Shown: positions 50,982 to 64,000 of the stretch, piece by piece
How positions within the stretch are numbered: position 1 is the first letter of the stretch
Layout: each line of letters begins with the position of its first letter
DNA from: Octopus vulgaris
Lineage: Eukaryota
Length of the DNA: 64,000 bases
Assembly (NCBI GenBank): GCA_951406725.2
Contig: OX597837.1
Location: 15,314,001 to 15,378,000 of the forward strand
Direction of reading: 5' to 3'
The notes under the pieces: generated by a model
Database searches by the model: none
What the model saw: only the letters and a program-made list of their open reading frames with translations
Told to the model about the DNA's origin: nothing
Translations under genes and position numbers: made by a program

Positions 50982-51036
<55 letters not shown>

Positions 51037-51168
51037 TTAATAAGGGTGAGAGAATTAGATACTAATTTAATAGTATATCTATTCAACACCAAGTGGCCCA
51101 GTGCCCCGAGAAACCTGGATTATTATAATATTTTATAATATATTATAATATTTTATACAAAAATAAAT

Positions 51169-51407
<239 letters not shown>

Positions 51408-53556
51408 CATATAACGACTGAGAGAGAGAGAGAGAGGGTCAGCTTATACTCTGTAGTAGAGTTGTTGTTTTCAACTACCATGAATCGTTTTAATTACGAA
51501 ACAGCTGTAAACGTATGGAATAAACGTCTATTTTCACACCACTTTATATTCCCTCCGCTTGACCTCCACCATGGCCATTCTTGTTAGCCATGCATTTAGT
51601 CGAGAGCTTAATGTGAGAGACACGATTGAAATTCATGCCGCATTTTTGATATGACCATTTTGAGAGCATTTTTTGGATATTACGATGAAATAAGCATTAC
51701 TTTTTTTATATTCTAATAGCTTTTTTCAAAAGAGATTCTTCTGCAATGGAAGTGGCGAGACATATTTGTTCTATTTAAACAATTGAAATTTTAAGTGTCC
51801 ATTCATGCAAACGATGGCCTCGCAGCAGATTCTCTTCGATCTGGAACGGCTAAGTTCTTCCGATGTTGAGCTTTTTTCTGAAAACCGTAGCTGAGGAAAA
51901 TCCAAGGGAAACTGCTTGTATGTATATATTCATGGAAAGCGGAATCAGTGGAGATGATAGTGAGGAATGGAAGAACGTGAAGGACAGAGTACAAAAGAGA
52001 AGTGAAAGAAGGCATTGAGAAGGGTAGAAACACGAAGGAAAAAAGAACGAGTGAAAAAGAAAATCCCAAATTACGAAAATATACGAAAACGGATTGAGTA
52101 TAAAACGAGAGGATTCGGTCAAAGTGAGTAAAAAGGTAGTGAAGGAACGACAACACAGCTGTCCCCTGGCGGCAGAGCCTGTCACACATACACACACACA
52201 CACACGCACGGGATACAACATGAAAGGGATGCCGCCTCACAGTTAGCTAGCCATTAAAACGGTGTAAATTCTGGCAGTGCAGATATTTTCATTGAAGAGT
52301 GGAGGGACTTCAAAAGTAACAGGAGACTCTATGAGGGTGGCGAGGGTGGGTGAGGGGGAGGCTGGTGGAGGAGTGATGCTTGGTACACGACACAACTTGT
52401 ATGTGTGTGTGATGTCTGTATGTATGCATGTATGTATGTGCGTGTGTATGGATAGATTATGTGCGTATGCATGCATGTTTATGGGTAATGTATGCATGTA
52501 TGTCTTTGCGTGTGTGTGTATGTATGTATGCATATATGTGTGTAATGTATGTGTGTGTGTGTGTTAGCTAACATACTTTTGCCAGTATTTATATGTGTGT
52601 ATATGTGCAGTTATGTATGTGTCTGTATTCACATATTTGTGTGTAATTGTTTGTGCTTGTGTGTGTGTGTGTATGTGTGGTAGCTAACATAGTTGTGTTA
52701 GTGTCTATATACGCATGTGTGTTAGTTAACACAGGTGTATGAGTGTCTGTGTGTGCGTGAGTGTGTGTGTCAACTTACACACTTGTGTGTGAATCTATGG
52801 ATGTGTCAGAGCAAACACATTTATGTACGAGTATTTATCTGTGTGTGTATGTGTGTGTATGCATGTATGGCTGCGTGTGTGTGTGTGTGTGTTGGGTCTC
52901 ACAATTATGTATTTGTGTGTGCGTGCGTGTGTGTGTGTGTGGATTATTTAACAAATGTGTGTGTCTGTGCGTGTGAGCTACGTTTGTGTATTCTGCGTGT
53001 ATGTGAATGTATTAGCTAAAACACACACACATTCGTGTATGTGTGTGTATGTTTTTATGTGTACCTATGTATTTATGCGTTTGTGTGTAAACTCACTTGT
53101 GTGTGTGTGCGTGCGTGTATAAAACTTCGTCTTATGAAGATATCACCATTTAACATCCGTTTTCCATTCTGGCATGGGTTGCTCATATGTATATAGTCTT
53201 TTCTACTCTAGGCACAAAGGCCGAAATTTTGTGGGAGGGGATCAGTCAATTATATCGACCCCAGTGCGTAACTGTTACTTAATTTATCGACCCCGAAATG
53301 ATGAAGGGCAAAGTCGACTTCGGCGGAATTTGAACTCAGAACGTAACGGCAGACGAAATACCTATTTCTTTACTACCCACAAGGGGCTAAACACAGAGAA
53401 GACAAACAAGGACAGACAGACGGATTAAGTCGATTATATCGACCCTATTGCGTAACTGGTGCTTTGAACTCACAACGTAACGGCAGACGAAATACTGCTA
53501 AGCATTTCGCCCGGCGTGCTAACCATTCTGCCAGCACCCCACGCCTTTGTATATAT

Positions 53557-53591
<35 letters not shown>

Positions 53592-54283
53592 GTCCCCATA
53601 ATAACTTAGTGGCTCAGCAAAAGAGAAGGAAAGATTAAATAACAGGTTTTCATCCTTTTTTTTAAGAGGTGAGGGGGGGGTCAATAAAATAATTACCAGT
53701 TGATCTCTAAGGGTCTATTTAATCAACTTAGTCCCATCCCCTCCGCCCGAAATTGTTGTCCTCGTGCCAACATTTGAAACCGATATGGAAAAGAAAGTGA
53801 AAGCGACGCGTGGGCAGAGTTGTTAACACGCCGGACGAAATGGCGGTTTATAGCATTTCGTCCGTCTTTATGGTCTGAGCTGAAATTTCGTTGAGGTCGA
53901 CTTTGCCTTTCATCCTTCCGGGAGGCGATGAAATAAGCACAAGGCCAGCAATTTCGGGGGGAATGGGGCTTCACATTTGACCACAATGCCAACATGTTGC
54001 ACACACCCACCCACCAACTAATCTTCTCTTTAACATTTCCCCTGTCCCTTTTTCTGACCCCCATTCAAAAGCTTTCTGAAATTCAAATCTCGACTTCAGC
54101 TGAAATATTCTTAAGCTTCCATTTCTTCTTTTACCTTTAATTTTCCAAGTTCAACACACTTTCCAGGCTAATGCATACGTACCATACACACACACACATA
54201 CATATATACAGACACACACACACACTCATACATAAACATATAAACCTATGCATGTGTATGTACGTAATACACATGTATAAATT

Positions 54284-54325
<42 letters not shown>

Positions 54326-54439
54326 TATATGAATATATATGCATATATATGTGTATATATGTATATATATATATATACACATATATATATATATATATAT
54401 CTATATACATATATATACATATATGTATATAGATATATG

Positions 54440-54471
<32 letters not shown>

Positions 54472-55589
54472 CACACCTGTCGATATGGCCAAGCATTGTA
54501 TCGGTAGATACGCTGAACCTGTGCGTACATACATACATGTATACGTACACACACACACACACACACACGCGCGCGCATATATGTGGTGTGTGTGTGTTTA
54601 TGTACAAAAAAGAGTGATAGAGAGTTAGTAAAAGAGAGAGTGGTGGTGGTGGGGATATGTGTGTCAGTTCATATCGTGTGTGTGGATGTGAGGGCATGGC
54701 TGGAACCCCTGACGCCTCCCTGTGTCAGCAAGAGGCTGTCATTGTGAATGCAGACGATGCGCCCAATGCCCGGCATTGGCCTTTTATCTGTTGTAACGGA
54801 TAAGCTGCCCGTGTTTTGACATTGAAAACCGGCTCTTTGATCAGAAGCCGTCCTCCCGGGTAGGCCGAAGCCGGTCTCCACCCACCGAGCATAGGGGGAG
54901 AAGTGGGGCGGGGTTAAGCAAAGGGAGACATACAGACAGATGTGTGATGTAAGTAATATGGGAGGAGAAAGACAAGAAGAAGATGAAAAAAGAAAAGAAA
55001 AGAAAAGAAGAAAGAAGAGGAAGAGGCGCAGGCGTGGCTGTGTGGTAAGATGCTTGCTCCTCGACTGCGTAGTTCCGGGTTCAGTCTCACTGCGTGACAT
55101 CTTGAGCAATTGTCTTATACCAAACCTCCGGGCCCACCAAAGCCTTGTGAGTGGATTTGGTAGAAGGGAGCTGGGAAAGACTTCCTTTTGTACCCCACCA
55201 ACACCCCTTTAATTTTTTATGTTTTAATTATTTTTTTTTACAGAAATCCCCGTTTATTTCAGAGAAATTTCCCGCGGTAAAAAAAAGGTATTATAAAAAA
55301 AAATTATTGCCAGGAACTTCGGCCCCTAACCAAACAAATGCGTTGCCCATCTTGTAAAACTATACAGAGCAAAATTTACATAGGCACAATCTTAGGGGAG
55401 GGGGCTAGTCGATTACATCGACCCCAGTGCTTGACTGGTACTTTTTTTATCGGCCCTGAAAGGATGAGAGGTAAAGTCGACCTCGGCTGAATTTGAACTC
55501 AGAATGTAGCGGCAGACAAAATACCGCTAAGCATTTCGCCCGGCGTGCTAATGTTTCTGCCAGCTCGCCACCTTAATAATAATAATAAT

Positions 55590-55960
55590 GATTTCTTTAT
55601 TAACCACAAGGTTTTACATTCAGAAAAACATTATGGAGAGCAGAGGACAAAACAAAGAATGTGTGTGTGTGGATGTGAGGGCTTTGAGTGTAAACAAGAC
55701 TAACAAATTTTTTTAAAAATCAACAAGGTGTGATCCTCAATAGGGAGGAGACGTTTGAGGGCTTCTCATGGAAAACCCCCATAAGAAACCATGGGTTCCC
55801 TGACTTTTGGGTTAGGTGCCTTTTTTCCTTCCCTTTGTTTTTTCCAACTCCAGGTGTATGTTCAGGGCAGGCCAGTTCATTTGTACCATTCTCATCCCTT
55901 TCATCCATCTTTCCATAAACTGGTTACAAGACAACTCTTCCCTCTCTAACCTTATTTTAT
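55590..55960 (-). mobile_element. Tx1-like LINE 3' fragment
   Basis: KIRLEREELSCNQFMERW... on -, similar to 28760-29270. Confidence 0.6.
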
Positions 55961-56130
55961 TTTATTTGGTCGTCTCGGGGTTATAGTAGAAGACACTTAC
56001 TCAAGGTGCCACGCAGTGGGACTGAACCCGGAACCATGTCATTGGTAAGCAGACTTCTTACCCAAGGTGCCACGCCTCCAGATTAAGCGAAAAATGAATG
56101 TCTGAAGAATACTCGACCATTTAGACGTAT

Positions 56131-56272
56131 TGGCGTTAGGAAGGGCATCCAGCCGTAGAAACACTGCCAGATCTGACTAGGCCTGATGAAGCCTTCCAGC
56201 TTCCCAGACCCCAGTTGAACCGTCCAACCCATGCTAGCATGGAAAACGGACGCTAAATGATGATGATGATGA
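56131..56272 (+). mobile_element. RTE-related short non-autonomous element ending in (TGA)n
   Basis: GGAAGGGCATCCAGCCGTAGAAAC...CCCATGCTAGCATGGAAAACGGACGCTAAATGATGATG; related pieces at about 27350-27490(-), 39180-39265 and 60760-60880(-). Confidence 0.7.
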
Positions 56273-56879
56273 AATTTATCAGAGATTGGTGTAAATGCAG
56301 GCTCATCAAGTTTCACCGACGGAAGCCTCTCCACTAAAATGTATGTGCGTGGCTGCTATTTCTCGCAGATCGAACCACTGAATAGATGTTTCTTGGACGG
56401 GTTCTTCATAACATTTGTTAATTCTCAAAGTAAAACTACAGAAGATGTTGATGAGGACGATGTCAACGGAACTGTTGGCAAGTTAGTGAAAGTAGTTTAG
56501 AGTTGCCTCCCCTACACTAAGTTTCTCCAAAGACGGTGAACACAAGTGCGTGTGTGTCCGCCCAAGCTATTTGGGGAAACGTCTCTAGTTACTCCTTAAG
56601 GTCACAGATATTTTGATGTAACTATTTTTCTACAGAACCAAATCTCAAACTATTCACGCCAAAGTGTAGCTGAGGAGGTGTCCTCTTTAAAACTGTTAAC
56701 AGTTTGCAATTTAGTTGAGAACTGAATTAGTGGTGAAGCTTGGAAGCTGCTGCGATTGACGAAATGGTGGACTTAGGAATATATTCAACCACTGCCGTGG
56801 TTGAATGGTAGGTAATATAGAAGCCATGGCAGTGGTTGAATGACATGTATATATAAATATACCTTTCTTTTTTTATATA

Positions 56880-57222
56880 TTTGTTTCAGTCATTGGACTG
56901 CGACCATCCGGGAGCACGGCTTTTAGTCGAACAAATCGACCGCAGGACATAGATTGTAAACCTAGTACTAATTCTATCGGTCTTTTGCCGAACCGCTAAG
57001 TTACGGTGACGTAAACACACCAACATCGGTTGTCAAGCGATGGTTGGGGGACAAACACAGACATATATATATGACGAGCTTCTTCCCGTCTACCAAATCC
57101 ACTCACAAGGCTTTGGTTGGCCCGAGGCTATAGTAGAAGACACTTGCCCAAGGTATCACACAGTGGGACTGAACCCAGAACCATGTGGTTCGTAAGCAAG
57201 CTACTTACCACACAGCCACTCC
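56880..57222 (-). mobile_element. SINE family B copy
   Basis: Reverse complement of the family B sequence. Confidence 0.85.
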
Positions 57223-58641
57223 TACGTCTCTCTCTCTCTATATATATATATATTATACACACAAGTATGGTGATACAAGCATAGCTCAAAAGATGAATAT
57301 ATTTATTAATATTTAGCAGAAGCAACTCATGTGGCGAGAATTTGGTGCGTTAGTACGTGTCGTGCCAATGTACGAAACTTTCGGCACTTGAGTCACTCTG
57401 TTTGCTTCTGCTAAATATTAAAGCGCGCGCGTGTGTGTGTATTGCTGAGAATTACATTTCCCACCCCGGGCAGTGTCTTCCACGATGCAGTAAAGTACGG
57501 TAACGCCGACAGACTGAACAAAGGTCTTTCTACGGAAGAGATCCCAAGGGTAACAAGCTAAGCTAAACAAGGGAAGTAACTCTTGACATTACTAAATGCA
57601 TTTTTGATTTCACTTGAAAAAAGTTTTGGGGAAAACGGCTGCTTCCAACATTTTTTGTTTTGAAGCCTATTCTGTTGTGTCTGAGGAGAGTTATTTCCTT
57701 TTTGTGCCCAGACACAACAGAATATGCTTCAACACACGAACTCATATAAAGAATTTTGTCTACATTATCGTAGCGGACGCCAATTGGAGTTGAAAAGATT
57801 AAGAAGTTTGCTTCGGAATTGAGAAGTCCCCAGTTCGAAGCATCTTGGACAAATGTTTTCTGTACCCTCGGGAATTGAGCAGGTGGAAACTACATAGAAG
57901 CCCATCGAATGGATTCTAATGAGTAATTCAATTAGTACAGCTCATCGCTTTCTTGTTCCAGTCATTAGACCGTTTCCATGCTGGAGCACCACTCGGATGG
58001 TCTTAATCGACCCCAGATCTTCCCTTTTAAGTCAGATACTTATCTTGTCAGTTCGTATTGTCGTACCACTAAGTTATGGGGACATAAACACACAAACACG
58101 GGTCGTCAACAAAGACGCATAAATATATATGTATATATGGCGAGCTTCTTTCCGTCTACTAAATCCACTCACAAGGTTTTGGTCGTCTCGGGGTTATAGT
58201 AGAAGACACTTACCCAAGGTGCCACGCAGTGGGACTGAACCCGGAACCATGTCATTGGTAATCAGACTTCTTACCCAAGGTGCCACGCCTCCAGATTAAG
58301 CGAAAAACGAATGTCTGAAGAATACTCGACCATTTAGACGTTAATTCATTTGATCGAACAGAATTCCTCATCGTCAAACGACGGAGATCCACTATCACCA
58401 TTATCAGAACATGCATTCTACCCTGCATCAAGGTTTTCCATTTAGCCAAGAATAATGGCCAGTAAAAGGTTCTGCCGTTTATTAATTAGAAATGGGATTA
58501 ATTCCGATCTTTTAATCTAAGGTTTTTCATTGAATATTTTTCTTTATTCTAAGAACAACTTACGAAACCCTCGACGTTGAAAGTTGTCTCCCTTGCATAC
58601 TAAATGGGTGTCGGTTGTTTTCGACGCTTGGCATTATCCAC

Positions 58642-58701
58642 TCCTCGGTAGTATACCCGCCTGTCACGCGGGAGACCTGGGTTCAATTCCTTGCCAGGGA
58701 G
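58642..58701 (+). pseudogene. tRNA-Asp(GTC) pseudogene with D-arm deletion
   Basis: TCCTCGGTAGTATA-CCCGCCTGTCACGCGGGAGACCTGGGTTCAATTCCTTGCCAGGGAG. The anticodon arm (GTC) is intact, about 12 nt of the D-arm are missing, and the T and acceptor stems have mismatches. Confidence 0.8.
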
Positions 58702-59224
58702 GTTACATTTCTTTAGTAGATAATAATATACCTGACAGCTGCATGGTTTGGGGTTCAATCGTACTGCACGGTACTTAAGGGTAATTATGTCTTTTATTTG
58801 TCGTTTGGGTAAAATTTCGTAGTTGGAAAATTCTAGGTACAAGGTCTGAGATTTTGGGGAAGCGAGTAAGTTGATTACATTTATTACTACAAGGGCTCTT
58901 GATTGACCTTAAGGGTAACTTACTCTGTTGCAAGTATTCTGACTTTGCCCCTGGCCTGAAGACAAATATTTTTAAAATAGTTATGGGCAAACTAGAATTT
59001 CTGAATGCACCTATTTTTTTAGTAGTGCGACCTGCTACTAAAAAATAGAAAAAGCCTGGTCATGGGGAAATATTATCTTGCTTAGAAACAGGAGAGGATC
59101 GGTGTCTCTGTCCAATCCATGCAAGCATGAAAGAAAAGTCATCATCGTTTAACGTGTTTTCCATGCTGGCATGGGTTGGAAAGTTTGACTGAGGTCTGAA
59201 GAGCTACGATGTTGGTTATACTTG

Positions 59225-59940
59225 ACTCAACAGAGGGATCTTAACTAGGCCGAACATGCATGGCTCTAATCTCTGTCACGTATGCACAGACATTACACAT
59301 CCAGCAGATCAAACTAGCTTCATTTCTTTCATGTCCTCAGCAGTCATGGCCCATCTGTCACTGCCGTGTAGCATGGCTGTTTGCACACATGCATCAGTCT
59401 ACCTTTCATCCGGAGAGAGAGGCCTTTTATTGCCAGCAGAGGTAGGAGCTCTCTGAACTTTGCCCAAGCTATTCTTATTCAAGCTGTTACACTCTCAGAG
59501 CATCCACCCCTGCTACAGACCTGGTCGCCTCAATAGTGGAAGCTATTAACTACTTCTACTTTCTCCTCCCTGGCATGCGATGGAATCTGTTTTCTGTACA
59601 TCTTCAGTGTTTATTGCTCCTGAGCATCTGCCACATACAAAAACTATCTTCCCAGTTAGCCTTCCTTTGATATTGCTGCACCTTTTATGTGTCCATAGCT
59701 TACACTGGGTGAGCAGGGTCATCTACTTGAAAGGGTTTTTGATTTGACAGCCTTCCTACTCACTAAGACTTTGGTCTTTGCTAGGTTAACCATAAAGCCC
59801 TTCGATTCTACATCTTACTTCCACACCCTGAACTTTGTCTCTAGTTCTGGCAGTGAGCCAATAGACCAAGGTCACCAGCAGAGAGGAGCTCCCAGGGGCA
59901 GAATGTCTTCAATTCCTCTGTTATTGCCAATGATAATCAT
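59225..59940 (-). mobile_element. RTE-clade LINE fragment (RT domain end with a Cys-rich insertion), degenerate
   Basis: Frameshifted peptides on - include PWELL.A.DL (YADD-like), CKLWTHKRCS..., AWAKFRELLPLL and AMLHGS...W. Confidence 0.8.
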
Positions 59941-60004
59941 TTTTGTCTTTAAGCAGTTGAAATACATCACAAACATATTTTAACTAACCTACCTTTTGAT
60001 TATA

Positions 60005-60043
<39 letters not shown>

Positions 60044-61935
60044 GTATGTACAGGTATGTTGGTGCAAACAGAAAAAGTAGAACTCAAAATACGAGTATAT
60101 GTATATTTTTATTAATATTTGGCAGAAGCAACAGAGTAACTCAAAGTTTGAGTTTCGTGCATTGACTCTCATCAACATAGGAAACTCTCAGACCTTGAGT
60201 CACTCTGTTGCTTCTGCTAAATATCAATAAAAATATATATATATATGTATGTATATTGGTGTTTCTCTTATTTGTAAACTTAAATGGGATTTCAAAGCCC
60301 CACACACTTGTGTTGGCACCATAACCATCCATAAGGATTGCAATGCAGACAGTAGCACAGAATGCGGCAGCAGAAGGGTTCCTAAGAGTCATGAACTGGA
60401 TGTGACCCAACCCCTTAGAGTGTAAGGAGTAAAGGGCCTGAATGCTACTCTATGGTAGTTGGTTTAGTTCTCTGCATGCCATGAGACACATAAGACCACA
60501 ATGTGATCTCTCCAACCAGCTCTGCTTTCTGCCACTCTTCTGGTCTCATTCCAGCTTCTCCACCCTTCTTCTCCCCTGTCCTTGTCTATGGTCCTTCATC
60601 ATGTGGTTTTAGGGTACCCTGTTGCTCAATCTTGTCCGATCCAGTTCCAGTGTCTGTGTTTTATTTTGTCACTGATTACAGTAGAGATGTGAGGGTATTC
60701 TCATCTGAAGACCGTCTGCTGTTCAGCTCTCCCTTGGGTCCCTCACTCCTCTTTACCCTCATCATTATTCAATGTCCGTTTTCCATGCTGGCATAGGTTG
60801 GACAGTTTAACAGGCAGGCCTCAGGTCACCATTGGCATGGTTTCCAAGGCTGGATGCCCTTCCTAATGCCAACCACTTTACAGTGTGTGTTGTGTGGTTC
60901 TTTTTCATGCCACCAGCACTGGAGAGGTTGCAAGACAGAAAAGAGAAAAACCTGCAAGACAAAGGGTTAGCGTGGGTTTTGACCGGATGCTGAGAGGCTG
61001 AAGTAGGATGGAGAGAGACAAGAACATGTATTTCTTTCTCACTATCAAAGAGATACATAACTACCCAACATTACAAGGGTGAACAACAGAAATTGGAAAT
61101 ATATATATACATATATATACACATAGGTGCAGGCGTGGTAAGGAGCTTGCTTTTTACCACCGTGTGGCATCTTAAGCAAGTGTCCCCTACTCTTAGTCTC
61201 AAGGCAACAAAAGCCTTGTGGGTGGGTTTGGTAGATGGAAACTGACAGAAGCCTGTTGTGTGTGTTTGTTCTGCACCACTGCTTGACAACTGGTGTTGGT
61301 GTGTTTACATCCCCATAACCTAGCAGTTCAGCAAAAGAGATCAATAAAATAAGTACAAGGCTTGAAGAAAATAATAAGGACTGGGCTTGATTTGTTTGAC
61401 TAAAAATTCTTCAAAGTGATGCCCCAGCATGGCCACAGTCTAATGACTGACAGAAGCAGGAGACAAAAGATAAAAAAAAAAGATACAAACAAGAACAAAG
61501 ATAAAAAAAAGAAAATTTTTGTTTTTTTTAAATAAAAGACATTTTTCTTTCTTTCTTTCTTTCAGTTCACAAAGGAATTTGTAAATCCACAAAAGTTGAA
61601 CGATGGAATTTGGACTTGTTTGTTCCTTTGAATTAGAAAAGCACAACAGCACCAGCGCCACCGTGAGGACGCTTCCCCAAAGTCTTGTCAGTTCTTCTTG
61701 CGTTCAGTTGATGCTGTTGCTGTGGTGCCAACCAATTCCTTTACACAACAGTCTCTCTCCATCTCTCTCTCACTCATTCACTCTTTCTCTCTCTCTCTCT
61801 CTGTGTTTCTGTCTATCTGTTTCTCTCTCTCTCTCCTTCCTTGCTCACATTTCATCCTCTTCGACTTACTCTTCTTCTTCTTCTTCTCTCGTATTGTCAA
61901 TGTTTCACTCCCGCACTTTCCCCCCACGCCCCCTC

Positions 61936-62767
61936 TCATGAGTTCACCTGTGAATTTATCCGAATCATCTCCACGACAACATCATCGATTTTGTGTTCAC
62001 CAAAGTCAATGTTTGGCACAATTATTTCGATCAATCTCTTCACATTTTCGCGCAATTCATTCAACCGTTTCTTCACGCAATCCAGGTTCTCCTCTTCCCC
62101 GTCTTCGCTCGCAGCAGCCTCGGATGCGAGCCTCGAAGCAGAAGCAGAGGAGGAAGGTGGGGACGAGGCAGTTGCACTTGCTGCAGATGCAGGAGGCGCC
62201 GCAGCAGGGGACGCATTGTTCTGTGGCAGTGCAGCAGAGACAACAGAATCGGTTGCAGCCGCCTGCGCTGGCAACGAAGCAACAGAATTCACAGAGATTA
62301 TCTTTATGCCGTCGTCCTCATTCCCTGCCCTGTTGGCCGATGGCAGCACAGAGACAACCTCGTTGGCACCAACCGAAGACCGATTCCTTGTTACCTCCAT
62401 TGCTGTTACTTCCATGTCTATTGGTGTTTCGCTGACTTCAACAGCCACCGACACGTCTGAGGTAGGCATCATATTGCTATTTGATGCTGGCAGAATACCA
62501 TTGGTACCGTCCATTTTGGGGTCATCTTCGTCTGTCAAATCAATCACCCCAACAGGCTCCTGGTTACTCTTCTCTTTCTCTTCTCGCCGACGAGTGGCCA
62601 GGTCAGGTACCGGAGCAGTGTCCTCGTTCAACGTCACTGTCACATAGTTACCATCCTCTGTCTTGATGCGATGGCGCTTCACTAAAGTGACCGTTTCTGG
62701 TGCTGCGTCTAAGGAACGTTTACTGGGAGGAGTCACGCCAGCTGCGGGTATCATGCGGTTCGGTTGG
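61936..62767 (-). CDS. Terminal coding exon of a MORC-family (MORC3/4-like) chromatin ATPase gene, 5'-partial
   Basis: The acceptor tctttcag precedes 62767 on -. A long open disordered region with a SIM-like VIDLTDEDD ends in a coiled coil, LNELRENVKRLIEIIVPNIDF...IDDVVVEMI, resembling the MORC3 C-terminus ([21 protein letters not shown]...VDEIL). Family assignment rests on recalled similarity only. Confidence 0.72.
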
Positions 62768-63084
62768 CTGAAAGAGAATGAAAACAGACACACGGTTACA
62801 AGAATGCTATAAACAGACATTAATACTTTAGCATTTAAACTGGCTATATCTGGCCTCTCACACCTATGCTACAATGTCATTCTAAAAATAAACATGTCAC
62901 ATCATTGAAATTTTGAAGCTGAGATAATCCACGATAATTCAAAACATGGAAGTGGATAAGTGTTACATCCATATTAAGTACAGCAGAACCTCGCAGTATG
63001 AGTGCCCCATTGTACGAGTCTCGGCTCGTACAAATTTTCGAGTGGAAATCTGCAGTACAAGCAGTTTAATCAAAGAATTGCTGC

Positions 63085-63635
63085 CTCCTCATCTTTGAAG
63101 AATAAACTTGCCACTAAAACTTTTCCTGGGTAGAATCATCACAAGTGATGAAAAGTAGATTCTCTCTGATCATATTCAACGGAAAAGGCAATGGTTGGCA
63201 CCGAATGAAAAAGGAGAATCCATCCCCAAACCAGGACTGCACCTGAAAAAAGCTATGTTCTATGTTTGGTGGGATGTCATGAAGTGTTAAACTAAACCAA
63301 AGAAGTTCATGCGGAGAAGTATTGTTGTCAGTTGGAAACATTTGCAGAGAAACCATCCGTGACTGGTCAGTCCGTAAGGAGGGGCTGCTCGGACATCACA
63401 AAGGGTCCCAGTTACTAAGAAGAAAAAAATTATGATAGTAAATACAGAAGTTTCCCCTCATTTGCCTTACTCTTCTCATCTTCATCCATCTTTGCAATTA
63501 TTTTTAAAATAAGAGAACAGTTAATTAATTATGAAGATAAAAATGATACAAAGGGTTTGGTTCCAGATTCGAAGAATTTTATGCCCAACGGATGGAATTA
63601 TGTTGAATAATGGAGGGGAAATATTATTTTGGTTA
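63085..63635 (+). pseudogene. Mariner transposase relic in a MORC-like gene intron
   Basis: FLGRIITSDEK*I...RKRQW...KKAMFYVWWD and PHLPYSSHLHPS (HPPYSPDLAPSD-like), with stops and frameshifts. Confidence 0.8.
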
Positions 63636-63877
63636 AATTTATCAATTAAGTCCCAAAGAGGAGGCAGTTATTTGTTTCCCATTTTGAAATAGGAAAAGAC
63701 TTTTCTTTCCAAAGCTGGAATGGATTTTATATTTATATGATGAGGACGGCCACCAATGCCTGTCTGAACTATTGGTTTGTTTTGGTTATCAGTGCTCTGC
63801 CCATGCTGGAACTGTGTACACACCAAACACACAAATATAGAGAAGTGATCAAGTAGACAAGGGTTTGATACACTTAC

Positions 63878-63918
63878 CTTGTGGAGCTGACATTTGACCA
63901 GTTTGTGTCGAGGTAGTT
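63878..63918 (-). CDS. Penultimate 41-nt exon of the MORC-like gene (NYLDTNWSNVSST)
   Basis: tttgcag acceptor and aag|gtaagt donor on -; the phase-2 end matches the phase of the terminal exon. Confidence 0.65.
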
Positions 63919-64000
63919 CTGCAAATGAGATTGGACATTGTTAAAGAAGAGATCAGCTTTCAAAGTCAATCAGGGAATTTAACAACTAAAACAGTCAAAG

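Noticed and set aside
61698-62647. Long + strand ORFs (245 and 268 aa)
   Set aside because: Antisense shadows of the MORC-like terminal exon.

Overview
Repeat-saturated animal genomic DNA. The SINE families, RTE LINEs and extreme (TA)n/(CA)n content suggest an octopus (coleoid cephalopod); this is an inference. Almost every ORF in the supplied track is a microsatellite artefact. Two real genes were reconstructed by hand from splice sites and frame. The first is a Notum Wnt-deacylase gene on +, with 12 coding exons between 2770 and 37369 (469 aa here; the first exon lies upstream of the window). It has an intact Ser/Asp/His triad, an unusual Asp in the LEGGW oxyanion motif, and an extremely basic ~80-aa insertion. 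The second is the last two exons of a convergent MORC3/4-like gene on - (61936-63918). The rest comprises at least four tRNA-SINE families, RTE and Tx1 LINE fragments, mariner relics, MITEs, a D-arm-deleted tRNA-Asp copy and a (TAA)n-targeting element. The most novel signal is a set of short elements embedded in (TA)n tracts, several of them long fold-back palindromes with a short tail. They carry minimal type I hammerhead-ribozyme motifs, including U3-A8 compensatory and A6U core variants, consistent with non-autonomous Penelope-like or retrozyme-type elements.
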